Source: Pseudonocardiaceae bacterium (lineage in GTDB: Bacteria; Actinomycetota; Actinomycetes; Mycobacteriales; Pseudonocardiaceae). From it: DNA of 60,298 nt. Position 1 is the stretch's first letter. The number at the start of each line of letters is the position of its first letter. The stretch lies in assembly GCA_036500685.1 (NCBI GenBank), contig DASYBO010000363.1, positions 1-60,298 on the forward strand, given 5' to 3'. A program made the translations under genes and the position numbers. The notes beneath the pieces were generated by a model. The model saw only the letters and a program-made list of their open reading frames with translations, made no database searches and was not told the origin of the DNA. Of the stretch, positions 26,985-35,286 are shown one piece after another.

Positions 26985-27871
26985 GCCAGCAACAACGCGA
27001 CACCCTTGACGGTCTGCTGCGCAACGCGCCGCTCGACGTCGGCGGCGACGTGGCCGAGCAGCGGGCGGTCTTCCACGAGATGGTCGCCTCGATTCCGTTG
27101 GCCGCCGATGTGTCGACGACACAGGGCCAGGTCGGCGGCGTTCCGGTGGTCACCGTCGAGACACCCGGTCACGATCCGTCGTTCGCGGTCCTGTACTTCC
27201 ACGGTGGCGCCTACGCACTCGGTTCGGCGGCCGACGGCGCGGGACTGGCCGCTGATGTCGGTCGCGGTGTCGGGGCTCGGGTCGTATCCGTGGACTATCG
27301 GCTGGCGCCGGAAAACCGGTTCCCTACCGCGGTCGACGACGCGTTGGCCGCGTATCGCGGTCTGCTGGAGGACGTGCCGAGCGAGCGGATCGCGTTCGTC
27401 GGGGAGTCCGCAGGCGGCGGCCTCGCGGTGGCGGCGCTGGTCGCGGCCAGGGACGCGGGCCTGCCGCAGCCTGCTTCGGCCGCCGTGTTCTCGCCGTGGG
27501 TGGACCTGACGGTCTCCGGCGCGAGCGCGGTCGGCAAGGCCGCTGTCGATCCCTCGCTGACCCCGGCCGCCCTGCGCACCCGCGCGGGCGACTACCTCAA
27601 CGGCGCCGATCCGGCCGCGCCGCTGGCCAGTCCGGTGTTCGCGGACCTGACCGGCCTCGCACCGCTGCTGATCCAGGTCGGCTCGCACGAGATCCTGCTC
27701 GACGACGCCGTCCGGTTGGCGGCCAGCGCCGCCGCCTACGATGTGCGGGTCGACCTGCAGGTCTGGCCGGGAGTGCCGCACGTGTTCCAGTCGTTCGCCG
27801 CGCTGCTCGACGACGCGGGCGCCGCCCTGCGCTCGGCGGCGGCCTTCACTCGGTCACACTGGCCCGAGTAG
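26981..27871 (+). CDS. HSL/GDXG-family esterase (alpha/beta hydrolase)
   Basis: HGG, 'DYRLAPE', GESAG, 'EILLDD', 'PHVF'; ATG 26981 overlaps the cupin stop. Confidence 0.92.
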   Translation: MSQQQRDTLDGLLRNAPLDVGGDVAEQRAVFHEMVASIPLAADVSTTQGQVGGVPVVTVETPGHDPSFAVLYFHGGAYALGSAADGAGLAADVGRGVGARVVSVDYRLAPENRFPTAVDDALAAYRGLLEDVPSERIAFVGESAGGGLAVAALVAARDAGLPQPASAAVFSPWVDLTVSGASAVGKAAVDPSLTPAALRTRAGDYLNGADPAAPLASPVFADLTGLAPLLIQVGSHEILLDDAVRLAASAAAYDVRVDLQVWPGVPHVFQSFAALLDDAGAALRSAAAFTRSHWPE

Positions 27872-27920
27872 CGAACAACACCAGCCGAATCGGGCGCGGG
27901 GTGCGTACGATTCGGACTCG

Positions 27921-28775
27921 ATGGAGCCAGCGAACAACTTCGGCAGCGCGTTGCGGGGCTGGCGCGACCGGTTGGCCCCGGCCGACGCCGGGCTCGACGT
28001 CGAGGCCGGGACCGGTCGCCGCGCAAGAGGGTTGCGCCGCGCCGAACTTGCCCGGTTGGCCGGTTTGTCGGTGGACTACGTGGTGCGACTGGAACAAGGC
28101 CGAGCCCGGCGCCCGTCGGCGCAGGTGGTCACCGCGCTGGCCAGGGCACTGCGGCTGGACCCGGCCGAACGCGACCACCTGTTCCGCTGCGCCAACCTGG
28201 TGCCGCCGGCAGGCGCGGCCGTCTCCCGGCACGTGCCCGTGCGGGTGACGCGGCTGGTGCGCCAACTCGGCGACACCCCGGTCGCGGTCTTCGCCGCGGA
28301 CTGGACCATCGTCGCTCACAATCCGATGTGGACGGTGACGCTCGGCGACCCCGGCGAATATGACTGGCACGACCGCAATCTTGTCGCCGGAATGTTCCGC
28401 TCGGTCGACGGCCGGAGGCCGGACTCGATCGTCGGCTGGCCGGTGCGTTCGGTCGCGGGTGACGCGGCCGAGGAACAGGCGCTCGTCGCCGACCTGCGCG
28501 CGACCGCGGCCGCCTACCCGGCCGACGAGCGTCTCGCCGCGCTGGTCGACGGCCTGGTCCGGTCCAGCCAGCGCTTCGCCCGCCTCTGGGCCACCGGCCC
28601 GGTCGGGCCGCTGGCCGAGGATCACAAGATCGTCGAGCATCCGGTGGTCGGCGACATCCACCTCGACCTCGACGTGTTGATGGTCCCCGGCCTCGACCTC
28701 CGGATCGTCGCCTACGGGGCCGAAGCCGACACGGTCGACGCCCGGAAACTGGACGCTCTACGGGGAGGAATCTGA
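27921..28775 (+). CDS. XRE-family regulator with MmyB-like ligand-binding domain
   Basis: 'GLRRAELARLAGLSVDYVVRLEQGR', 'RFARLW', 'HPVVG'. Confidence 0.9.
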   Translation: MEPANNFGSALRGWRDRLAPADAGLDVEAGTGRRARGLRRAELARLAGLSVDYVVRLEQGRARRPSAQVVTALARALRLDPAERDHLFRCANLVPPAGAAVSRHVPVRVTRLVRQLGDTPVAVFAADWTIVAHNPMWTVTLGDPGEYDWHDRNLVAGMFRSVDGRRPDSIVGWPVRSVAGDAAEEQALVADLRATAAAYPADERLAALVDGLVRSSQRFARLWATGPVGPLAEDHKIVEHPVVGDIHLDLDVLMVPGLDLRIVAYGAEADTVDARKLDALRGGI

Positions 28776-29611
28776 TGATCCTGGTAACGGGCGCGAGCGG
28801 CAATGTCGGCACCGCGCTGCTCGCCCGACTGCACGCCGACGGCGTCCCGACGCGTGCCGCCTACCGCGATCCGCGCAAAACCAGCGAGTCGGGACAATCG
28901 GCGGTGACATTGGATCTGGGCGAGCCGGAGACGCTCACGCCCGCGCTCGATGGTGTCGACACGGTTTTCCTGCTCGGCGCGACCGGACCCGACCAGACGA
29001 CGCATGAGCTGAACATGGTGCGGGCCGCGCGAGCAGCGGGTGCGCGGGTGGTCAAACTGTCGGTGTGGCGGGCCGACGAGGGGCTGACGCCGATCGCCCG
29101 ACTGCATCGGCCTGCCGAGGACGCGCTGGCCGGGTCCGGGTTGCCGTGGACCGTGCTGCGCCCCAACTTCTACCTGCAGAACTTCCTGCGCCAGCCGGGC
29201 ATCCGCGCAACGGGAGAGTTCAGCTTTCCGCTGGTCAACGCGCCGATCAGCTTCGTCGATGCCGGCGACGTCGCCGACGTCGCCGCGCACGTGCTCACCA
29301 CCTCGGGCCACGACGGTCGGACATACGACATCACCGGGCCGCAAGCGCTGACCTACCCCGAGGCCGCCGAGGTGTTCTCCGATGTCCTTGGCAAGCCGGT
29401 GCGCTACGTGGGACGGTCGGACGACGAGGCCCGCGCCGCGATGCTGAGCCGGGGCATCCCGGATTTCTACGCCGACATCCTGATCGAGGTCGCGCGGGCG
29501 TACCGGGACGGCGGCGCCGAAGCCGTCACGTCAACCGTGCCCGACCTCACCGGCCGGGCGGCCGTCGGGTTGGCCGAATTCGTCGGCCGACACCGCGACG
29601 TCTTCGGCTGA
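28775..29611 (+). CDS. NmrA-like NAD(P)H-binding oxidoreductase
   Basis: 'ILVTGASGNVG', 'WTVLRPNFYLQN', 'YDITGPQAL'. Confidence 0.9.
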   Translation: MILVTGASGNVGTALLARLHADGVPTRAAYRDPRKTSESGQSAVTLDLGEPETLTPALDGVDTVFLLGATGPDQTTHELNMVRAARAAGARVVKLSVWRADEGLTPIARLHRPAEDALAGSGLPWTVLRPNFYLQNFLRQPGIRATGEFSFPLVNAPISFVDAGDVADVAAHVLTTSGHDGRTYDITGPQALTYPEAAEVFSDVLGKPVRYVGRSDDEARAAMLSRGIPDFYADILIEVARAYRDGGAEAVTSTVPDLTGRAAVGLAEFVGRHRDVFG

Positions 29612-29617
29612 TCCGCT

Positions 29618-29956
29618 CTATTTCACGATCAGTGTTCCGGCCATGTACTGGTGGATGTCGCAGATATAGGAATACGAACCGGGTCTGCTCGGCGCGGTGA
29701 ATGTCACCGTCCTACCTGGACTCACATCGCCGGTGTCGAACGCCTTGGCTCCGGTGGCCGTAAGGGTGTGTGTCGCCGAATCCTCGTTGGTGACCGCGAT
29801 CTTCGCGCCCGGCGACACGGTCAACGTCATCGGCGAGAACATGAAATTCTTGATGCTGATGGTGTCCGGTGCCGTCGTACCGACGCCTGCCTCCGACCCG
29901 CAACCGGTCACGACCAGCACCACGCTCACCAGCACGGCGGACAGCACCGCGCGCAT
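29618..29956 (-). CDS. Cupredoxin (plastocyanin-like, type-1 Cu) lipoprotein
   Basis: Lipobox VTGC; Cu ligands H (SATH) and C-x2-H-x2-M (YICDIHQYM). Confidence 0.9.
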   Translation of the reverse strand: MRAVLSAVLVSVVLVVTGCGSEAGVGTTAPDTISIKNFMFSPMTLTVSPGAKIAVTNEDSATHTLTATGAKAFDTGDVSPGRTVTFTAPSRPGSYSYICDIHQYMAGTLIVK

Positions 29957-29998
29957 CACACCGCCTCCCCTCGTCACCTGATCGGTTCTACCTGAGTG

Positions 29999-30025
29999 CT
30001 TCGGTCCGGCCGCGCCCTCGGATTG
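29999..30025 (-). promoter_or_regulatory. SigK/ECF19-like promoter for the cupredoxin
   Basis: Minus strand CAATCC-N15-CCGAAG versus the recalled SigK consensus CCATCC-N15-CCGAAT. Confidence 0.65.
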
Positions 30026-30037
30026 CCCCGTTGTCGG

Positions 30038-30064
30038 CAAACCGGTTCCTGGTGTGCTCCGAAT
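30038..30064 (+). promoter_or_regulatory. SigK/ECF19-like promoter for the ferritin-like pair
   Basis: CAAACC-N15-CCGAAT. Confidence 0.7.
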
Positions 30065-30120
30065 AGGCACCGTGGCCTTCTTCCCGAGGGCTCGCAGGTA
30101 AACCTTTTTGGAGGTCAGTG

Positions 30121-30909
30121 ATGGGCGATGGGCGCATCGACACCCGACTGCTGACTGAGTTGACCGTGCAGTCGCAGGATCTCAACAGCGACGCGGTGCG
30201 GATCACTCAGCAGGCGTTGGGCGAGTTCACCGAGGAGGGGCGTGAGGGGTCCGGGCGGCGTTGGGGGTCGGCCGGGCTGTTCGCGGGACTGGTCGGCGCG
30301 GGCATCGTGGCCGGTGCCGGTCGGGCGATGGCGGCAACGGCCGACACGGACGTGCAGGCGTTGCAGACCGCGGCGTCGATCGAGAACCTCGCGGTGAGCG
30401 TGTACCAGACGGCAGCGGGGTTGTCGTTCATCAAGACCGGCAACGCGACGGTCCTGGCGTTCATCGCCAAGACCACCACCCAGCACCAGGCACACGCGCA
30501 GGCGTTCAACGCGGCGATCACCTCGGCAGGCGCCAAGACACAGTCCAATCCGGACCCGAAGTACGCCGCGGTCGTACAGCAGATGCTGCCGAGCATCAAG
30601 GGCCCGTCCGACGTGGTGAAGTTGGCGATCACCCTGGAGGACGTCGCAGCGCAGACCTACACCAAGAACGTCGGCGAGGTGTCCTCGGCCGCGCTGCGCA
30701 AGCTGTTCGGCAGTGTCGCGCCGGTCGAGGCGCAGCACCGGGCCGTGCTGCTCGCGGTGCAGGCGCTGCTGGCCGGCAACGCGGTGGGCCTGATCGCGGT
30801 GCCGACCCAGCCCGCGATGCTGCCCGCCGCCGCCGGCAGCGTCGGCTTCCCGGATTCCTTCTACGCCACCTCGTCCGCTTCTCCGGTCAGTGAAGGAGCC
30901 GTGCAGTGA
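30121..30909 (+). CDS. Ferritin-like domain protein (Ferritin_2-type) with degenerate Tat-like signal
   Basis: GGAGG RBS; E(NL)...HQAH...E(DV)...EAQH four-helix pattern; internal 'GRRWG'+hydrophobic+AMA. Confidence 0.82.
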   Translation: MGDGRIDTRLLTELTVQSQDLNSDAVRITQQALGEFTEEGREGSGRRWGSAGLFAGLVGAGIVAGAGRAMAATADTDVQALQTAASIENLAVSVYQTAAGLSFIKTGNATVLAFIAKTTTQHQAHAQAFNAAITSAGAKTQSNPDPKYAAVVQQMLPSIKGPSDVVKLAITLEDVAAQTYTKNVGEVSSAALRKLFGSVAPVEAQHRAVLLAVQALLAGNAVGLIAVPTQPAMLPAAAGSVGFPDSFYATSSASPVSEGAVQ

Positions 30910-31700
30910 ATGCCAACAACCCGTGGGAACTCCAGATCACCGAGACCGAACTGTCCCGGATGACCAAGGACCTGGACGAGGCGCACCGCGAGAGCATTCC
31001 GTCGATGTTCGCGAAGGCGCAGGACTTCGCGGAGGAGATCGCCGACACCGTCGGCGTGCGCAAGCCGTTGGCCCGCCGCCGGTTCTTCCTTGGCGTCGGC
31101 GGGGTCGGTGTCGGACTGGCATTGGCCGCCTGCGGCAGCGGTTCCGGCTCGTCCGGGCCCGCCGCTACCAGTTCGCCGAGCAAGCCGGCCAGCCCTTACA
31201 CCGGTGACCTGAAGGTCGTCGCGTTGGCGACCGCGCTGGAGAATCAGGCCATCGCCGCGTACACGGCGGCACTGTCCGCCGCCAAGGCCGGCAAGCTCGG
31301 CTCGGTGCCACCGGCCGTGGGACAATTCGCGATGACCGCGATGAGCCAGCACGCCGATCACGCCAAAGCCTGGAACGCCGTGCTTACCTCAGCCGGAAAA
31401 CCGACGATCACCGGCATCCCGCTGTCCGGCCAGCCCGCGGTCGAGCAGGCGCTCGGCTCGGTCACCAACGTCGGTGACGTGGCGAAGTTGGCGTTGCAGC
31501 TGGAAAATCAGGCCGCGCAGACCTACCTGTTCGCCGAGGCCAACGTGAGCAGCGCGGGCGGCATCTCAACGGCGGCGACGATCGCGCCGGTCGAGGCCAT
31601 GCACGCGGCGATCCTGAACTTCGTGCTCGGCCAGTACCCGGTGCCGGACAACTTCGTCGCCACCACCATGGCGGCGAACCCGAGCACGCTGACTGTCTGA
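30906..31700 (+). CDS. Ferritin-like domain Tat lipoprotein
   Basis: 'ARRRFFLG...LAAC' Tat motif + lipobox; E(NQ)...HADH...E(NQ)...EAMH. Confidence 0.85.
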   Translation: MNANNPWELQITETELSRMTKDLDEAHRESIPSMFAKAQDFAEEIADTVGVRKPLARRRFFLGVGGVGVGLALAACGSGSGSSGPAATSSPSKPASPYTGDLKVVALATALENQAIAAYTAALSAAKAGKLGSVPPAVGQFAMTAMSQHADHAKAWNAVLTSAGKPTITGIPLSGQPAVEQALGSVTNVGDVAKLALQLENQAAQTYLFAEANVSSAGGISTAATIAPVEAMHAAILNFVLGQYPVPDNFVATTMAANPSTLTV

Positions 31701-31705
31701 AGTGG

Positions 31706-31748
31706 ACGGATGAGGCCGGCGAGTGATGATCCCGCCGGCCTCATCCGT
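31706..31748. terminator. Intrinsic terminator
   Basis: Perfect 16-bp stem ACGGATGAGGCCGGCG-N11-CGCCGGCCTCATCCGT just after the stop. Confidence 0.85.
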
Positions 31749-31957
31749 AGCCCGCCGCGAGGCGTACGGCCTCGGCTCAACCCCGCGACGTCGTCGTCCA
31801 ACATGGACGGTCCGAGCTGTTCGAGAACGGCGGCAGCGGCGCCGCGCCCTTTGGCTTCCAACTCGGTGAGCAGGCGATGTGCTTCTTCGGTCCGCCCCGA
31901 CGACATGGTCACGTTGGCGTTGAGACGGACCCGTTCGCTCGCCGTCCTGACGCCGGC

Positions 31958-32602
31958 TCAGCGCACCGTGCGCAGGCTGTCGATGATCTCCTGATCGGTC
32001 AGGTTCTCCGGCACCGCGATCGTGCGCCAATGGGCGTCGTGGTGATCGGCCACCAGGACCTTGATCTCCTCGACGCCAGGCCAGGCCCGGACGTCCAACA
32101 GCAGCGCGCCGAGGTTGGCCGAGAAGCCCCAGTGGTTGTCGCGGCGGCGGCGCAGTTCGCGGGCCAGCAGCACGGGCCTCGGCGCCCAGGTCATCGTCGC
32201 GGCGCCCGCGTCAATGGCGTCGAGGTACTGGCGCAGGTCGAACCGCCAGGTTCGGTTCACGGTGTGGTGCGGCGGGTTCGGCTCGGGCTCCCACAACACC
32301 ACGTCACCGTCCCGGCGCACCCGCAGGTACAGCGAGCCGCAACCGGACTCGCCGCAAGAACAGATGCCGACCATTGCCGAGGTGGGGATGGCCGAGGGCA
32401 GCAGCACCCGCGAATCGGGCGGCAACAGGCCGACCGGATCGGTCGGCCGAAAACCGATGGTGCGACCGTCGCCGATCGTGCTGCCGTCGGAGCGGACGGT
32501 GAAGCGTTGCGAGTCGAGGAGGTCGACCCCGTCGATGAACAGCTGAGTCTCGGCCCGAGAATGCCTTTCGCCGGTATCGATCCGAAGTTCGTTGAGCCTC
32601 AT
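31958..32602 (-). CDS. Hypothetical protein with CxCGxxGCG motif
   Basis: 214 aa; 'LFIDGVDL', 'ICSCGESGCGSL', 'VVLW', 'FDLRQY'. Confidence 0.7.
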   Translation of the reverse strand: MRLNELRIDTGERHSRAETQLFIDGVDLLDSQRFTVRSDGSTIGDGRTIGFRPTDPVGLLPPDSRVLLPSAIPTSAMVGICSCGESGCGSLYLRVRRDGDVVLWEPEPNPPHHTVNRTWRFDLRQYLDAIDAGAATMTWAPRPVLLARELRRRRDNHWGFSANLGALLLDVRAWPGVEEIKVLVADHHDAHWRTIAVPENLTDQEIIDSLRTVR

Positions 32603-32618
32603 CGGATCAGCGTAGCGA

Positions 32619-32649
32619 TTGGCTCTCCAGTAGCAGGAGGGTTGAGACT
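32619..32649 (+). promoter_or_regulatory. MerR-type promoter (19-bp spacer) with dyad
   Basis: TTGGCT-N19-GAGACT with CTCTCC-N7-GGAGGG; the ATG lies 7 nt after the -10, suggesting a leaderless mRNA. Confidence 0.6.
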
Positions 32650-32655
32650 GGTCCC

Positions 32656-33477
32656 ATGGGTACCCGGCTGACGATCGGCGAGTTCTCCCGCGCGACGCAC
32701 CTGAGCGTCAAGACGCTGCGCCACTACCACCAGGTCGAGTTGCTGGAGCCCAGCTCGGTCGACCCGCACACCGGCTACCGCTACTACGACGACGAGCAGA
32801 TCTCACTCGCACAGGTCATCCGCAGGCTGCGCGACCTGGAGATGCCCATCCCCGAGGTCAAGGCGGTGCTGGCCGCGCCGGAGGTGGCGGTTCGCAACAG
32901 CGTGATCGCGGCGCATCTGGACAGTCTGGAAGCCGAACTCGCGCGTACCCGCCGGGCCGTCGGATCCCTGCGCAACCTGCTCCAGCGGCCCGACGTGCCG
33001 CTGACCATCGAGCACCGCACCGTGCCGGCCGTGCCCGCTGCCGCCATCCAGGAAACCATCGACCGCTCGGACTGCCTGGCCTGGTGGCAGGGCGCACTGG
33101 GCGAGTTGCAGGCGAATGTCCGAGCGCAGGACCTGACGCCGACCGGCTCCGCCGCCGGACTGTACGACAGCGACATCTACCGGCATGATCGCGGCCTTGC
33201 CACGGTGTTCATTCCGGTCGGCCGCACCGTTCGGCCGATCGGCCGGGTCGCCGGCCTTGTCGTGCCGCCGGCCGAGCTGGCGGTCACCTGCCATCACGGG
33301 TCACTGGACGACGTCGACCTCACCTATGGCGCGCTGGGTGCCTACACCACCAGTCACGAGATCAGCATCGACGGCCCGCTGCGCGAGTACTACCTGTGCG
33401 GGGCACACGAGACGGCCGACACCGCCCAGTGGCGGACCGAGATCGGCTGGCCCGTCTTCCGCGCCGACACCGACTGA
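32656..33477 (+). CDS. MerR-family regulator with GyrI-like effector domain
   Basis: 'TIGEFS...LSVKTLRHYH...TGYRYY'; C-terminal 'H.G....D.TYGALG...GPLREYY...WRTEIGWP'. Confidence 0.93.
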   Translation: MGTRLTIGEFSRATHLSVKTLRHYHQVELLEPSSVDPHTGYRYYDDEQISLAQVIRRLRDLEMPIPEVKAVLAAPEVAVRNSVIAAHLDSLEAELARTRRAVGSLRNLLQRPDVPLTIEHRTVPAVPAAAIQETIDRSDCLAWWQGALGELQANVRAQDLTPTGSAAGLYDSDIYRHDRGLATVFIPVGRTVRPIGRVAGLVVPPAELAVTCHHGSLDDVDLTYGALGAYTTSHEISIDGPLREYYLCGAHETADTAQWRTEIGWPVFRADTD

Positions 33478-33478
33478 G

Positions 33479-34423
33479 CTACGACCGGATCTGCGGCTCA
33501 TCAAGACAACCCGCCAGCGCGGCCAACGCCACCTGCCGACCCGTGTCGACGGCCGCCCGCAGCGGGCCGGGGCGTCGCTCGGTGCGACCGATCCGCACGC
33601 TGCCCAGCGGTGGGCTGATCACCAGCGTCGCGGGGTGTTCGGTGAGGATCCGCTCCTCCTCGCCCCGATTGGACTCGCGGCGCAGCCAGGTCTCGCCCGC
33701 TCCCGGCGCGTGCCGGCCGAACCAGCGCGACAACAGCAGGCGTTCGGCGCGGGAGGGCGGGGACACGGTCTCGTCCGTTCGCCGCGTACGCAGCGCGACG
33801 ATGTGCGTGGCCCGCTGCGCGAGCGCCGTGCGTACGGGCACCGACTCGCTCACCCCGGCGTCGACGAACCGTCGCCCGTCGATCTCGATCGGATCGCCGG
33901 CGAGCAGCGGCATCGCGGTCGACGCGCGCAGCGCGGCCTGCAAGCTGGCCCGGTCGTGGATCCGCTCGTGCAGGTCGGTGGCCGCACCGGTGTCGGCGTC
34001 AGTGGCGATCGGGTGGAACTCGACGGTGCTGTCCAGGATCTCCTGGAACCCCATCGGCATGATCTCGGTATACACCGTGTTGACCAGGAAGCCGGTGTCC
34101 ACGGCCGGTTTCCCGACCAACAGGCGCCCCGGATTGATGGTCGTGCGCATGATGGTCGGATCCCACCAGGCGTGCTGGGTGCTCTCGGCGCGACCGCACA
34201 GCAGCCACGCGCCGTTCAACGCCCCGGCGGAACTGCCGTAGACGGCATCGAACATCGGCAGCAGTCCCAGCGTTTCGATGGCGATCGTCATGCCGCTGGA
34301 GTACGCGCCGCGCGAGCTACCGCCTTCGATCAACAGCACGAGGCGCGCGTCGTCGTCGCGATGTCCCGGAGTGCTTCCCTGCTGCTTGCGGTCGCGCAGC
34401 AGCTGAAGGACGGTGTCTGCCAT
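33479..34423 (-). CDS. Patatin-like phospholipase
   Basis: 'EGGSSRG', GSSAG, 'DAG'. Confidence 0.9.
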   Translation of the reverse strand: MADTVLQLLRDRKQQGSTPGHRDDDARLVLLIEGGSSRGAYSSGMTIAIETLGLLPMFDAVYGSSAGALNGAWLLCGRAESTQHAWWDPTIMRTTINPGRLLVGKPAVDTGFLVNTVYTEIMPMGFQEILDSTVEFHPIATDADTGAATDLHERIHDRASLQAALRASTAMPLLAGDPIEIDGRRFVDAGVSESVPVRTALAQRATHIVALRTRRTDETVSPPSRAERLLLSRWFGRHAPGAGETWLRRESNRGEEERILTEHPATLVISPPLGSVRIGRTERRPGPLRAAVDTGRQVALAALAGCLDEPQIRS

Positions 34424-34502
34424 TGCTCCGTTATATCATGTGAACCGCCGTTCCGTATCATCGTTACGTAACGGCTGTCGATGCTCGTGCTATGGTCAAC
34501 AG

Positions 34503-35105
34503 ATGCCGAGGGTGAAGCAGCGTACCGATGCCCTCCATGAGCGTGGTGTGGCCAGCGCGCTCGCCCTGCTCGCCGAGGAGGGCGTCGCCGGGCTCACCAC
34601 ACGGACCGTCGCCCGTCGCGCGGAGGCCTCCGTGCCGGCGATCTACGAGGTCTTCGGCGACAAGGCAGGCCTCATCCGCGAAGTCTTCTTCGAGGGATTC
34701 CGCATGCTCGGCGACGAACTCGCGGCGATCGCGCCGACCAAGGATCCGCTTGACGCCCTGCGGCGCCTCGCCCAGGCCTTCCGCCGGTTCATCGTGGCCA
34801 ATCCGGTGCTGGCGCAGATCATGTTCTCCCGCCCCTTCGCCGATTTCGCGCCGACGGCGGAGGACGACAAGGCCGGCGTCACGGTACGCAAGATCTTCGT
34901 TCGACAGGTCCGGGCCGCTGTCGACGCGGGAATGTTGGTCGGCGACCCGACCGACATCGCCCATTTGCTCTTCGCGTTCGTCGAGGGCCTTGCCGCGGCG
35001 GAGAGCGCCCAACGGCTGGGCGGCTCGAAGCAGTCGGTCGACCGTCGCTGGCGCTTGGGCCTCAACGCACTCATCGACGGTCTCGGGCCGGTCGAGCGGG
35101 ACTGA
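34503..35105 (+). CDS. TetR-family regulator
   Basis: 'TTRTVARRAEASVPAIYEVFGDKAGL'; ATG 34503 follows TATGGT (leaderless); CGTTACGTAACG dyad upstream. Confidence 0.9.
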   Translation: MPRVKQRTDALHERGVASALALLAEEGVAGLTTRTVARRAEASVPAIYEVFGDKAGLIREVFFEGFRMLGDELAAIAPTKDPLDALRRLAQAFRRFIVANPVLAQIMFSRPFADFAPTAEDDKAGVTVRKIFVRQVRAAVDAGMLVGDPTDIAHLLFAFVEGLAAAESAQRLGGSKQSVDRRWRLGLNALIDGLGPVERD

Positions 35106-35173
35106 AGCCCCGACGTTATTCACATTCTTCACACCGATGCAGGAAAAAGAGGATCGTCCATCGACCTAACCTC

Positions 35174-35192
35174 TTGACTGGTTTAGACCAAT
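35174..35192 (+). promoter_or_regulatory. dre-like site overlapping the -35 (TTGACT) of the chitinase promoter
   Basis: ACTGGTTTAGACCAAT (35177-35192), 14/16 to the dre palindrome. Confidence 0.8.
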
Positions 35193-35286
35193 GAGGTTCA
35201 GTGTCGGGAGGGCCGCCTCTCATCGACCCTCCGGTATCACCGCCGGGATCAGCTGATGGACCCCTTGCCAGCACAAAGGAGTGCAC

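Noticed and set aside
35205-35232. Hairpin in the chitinase 5' UTR as an ncRNA
   Set aside because: A single ~9-bp GC-rich stem with a mismatch; expected by chance or a simple stabiliser.
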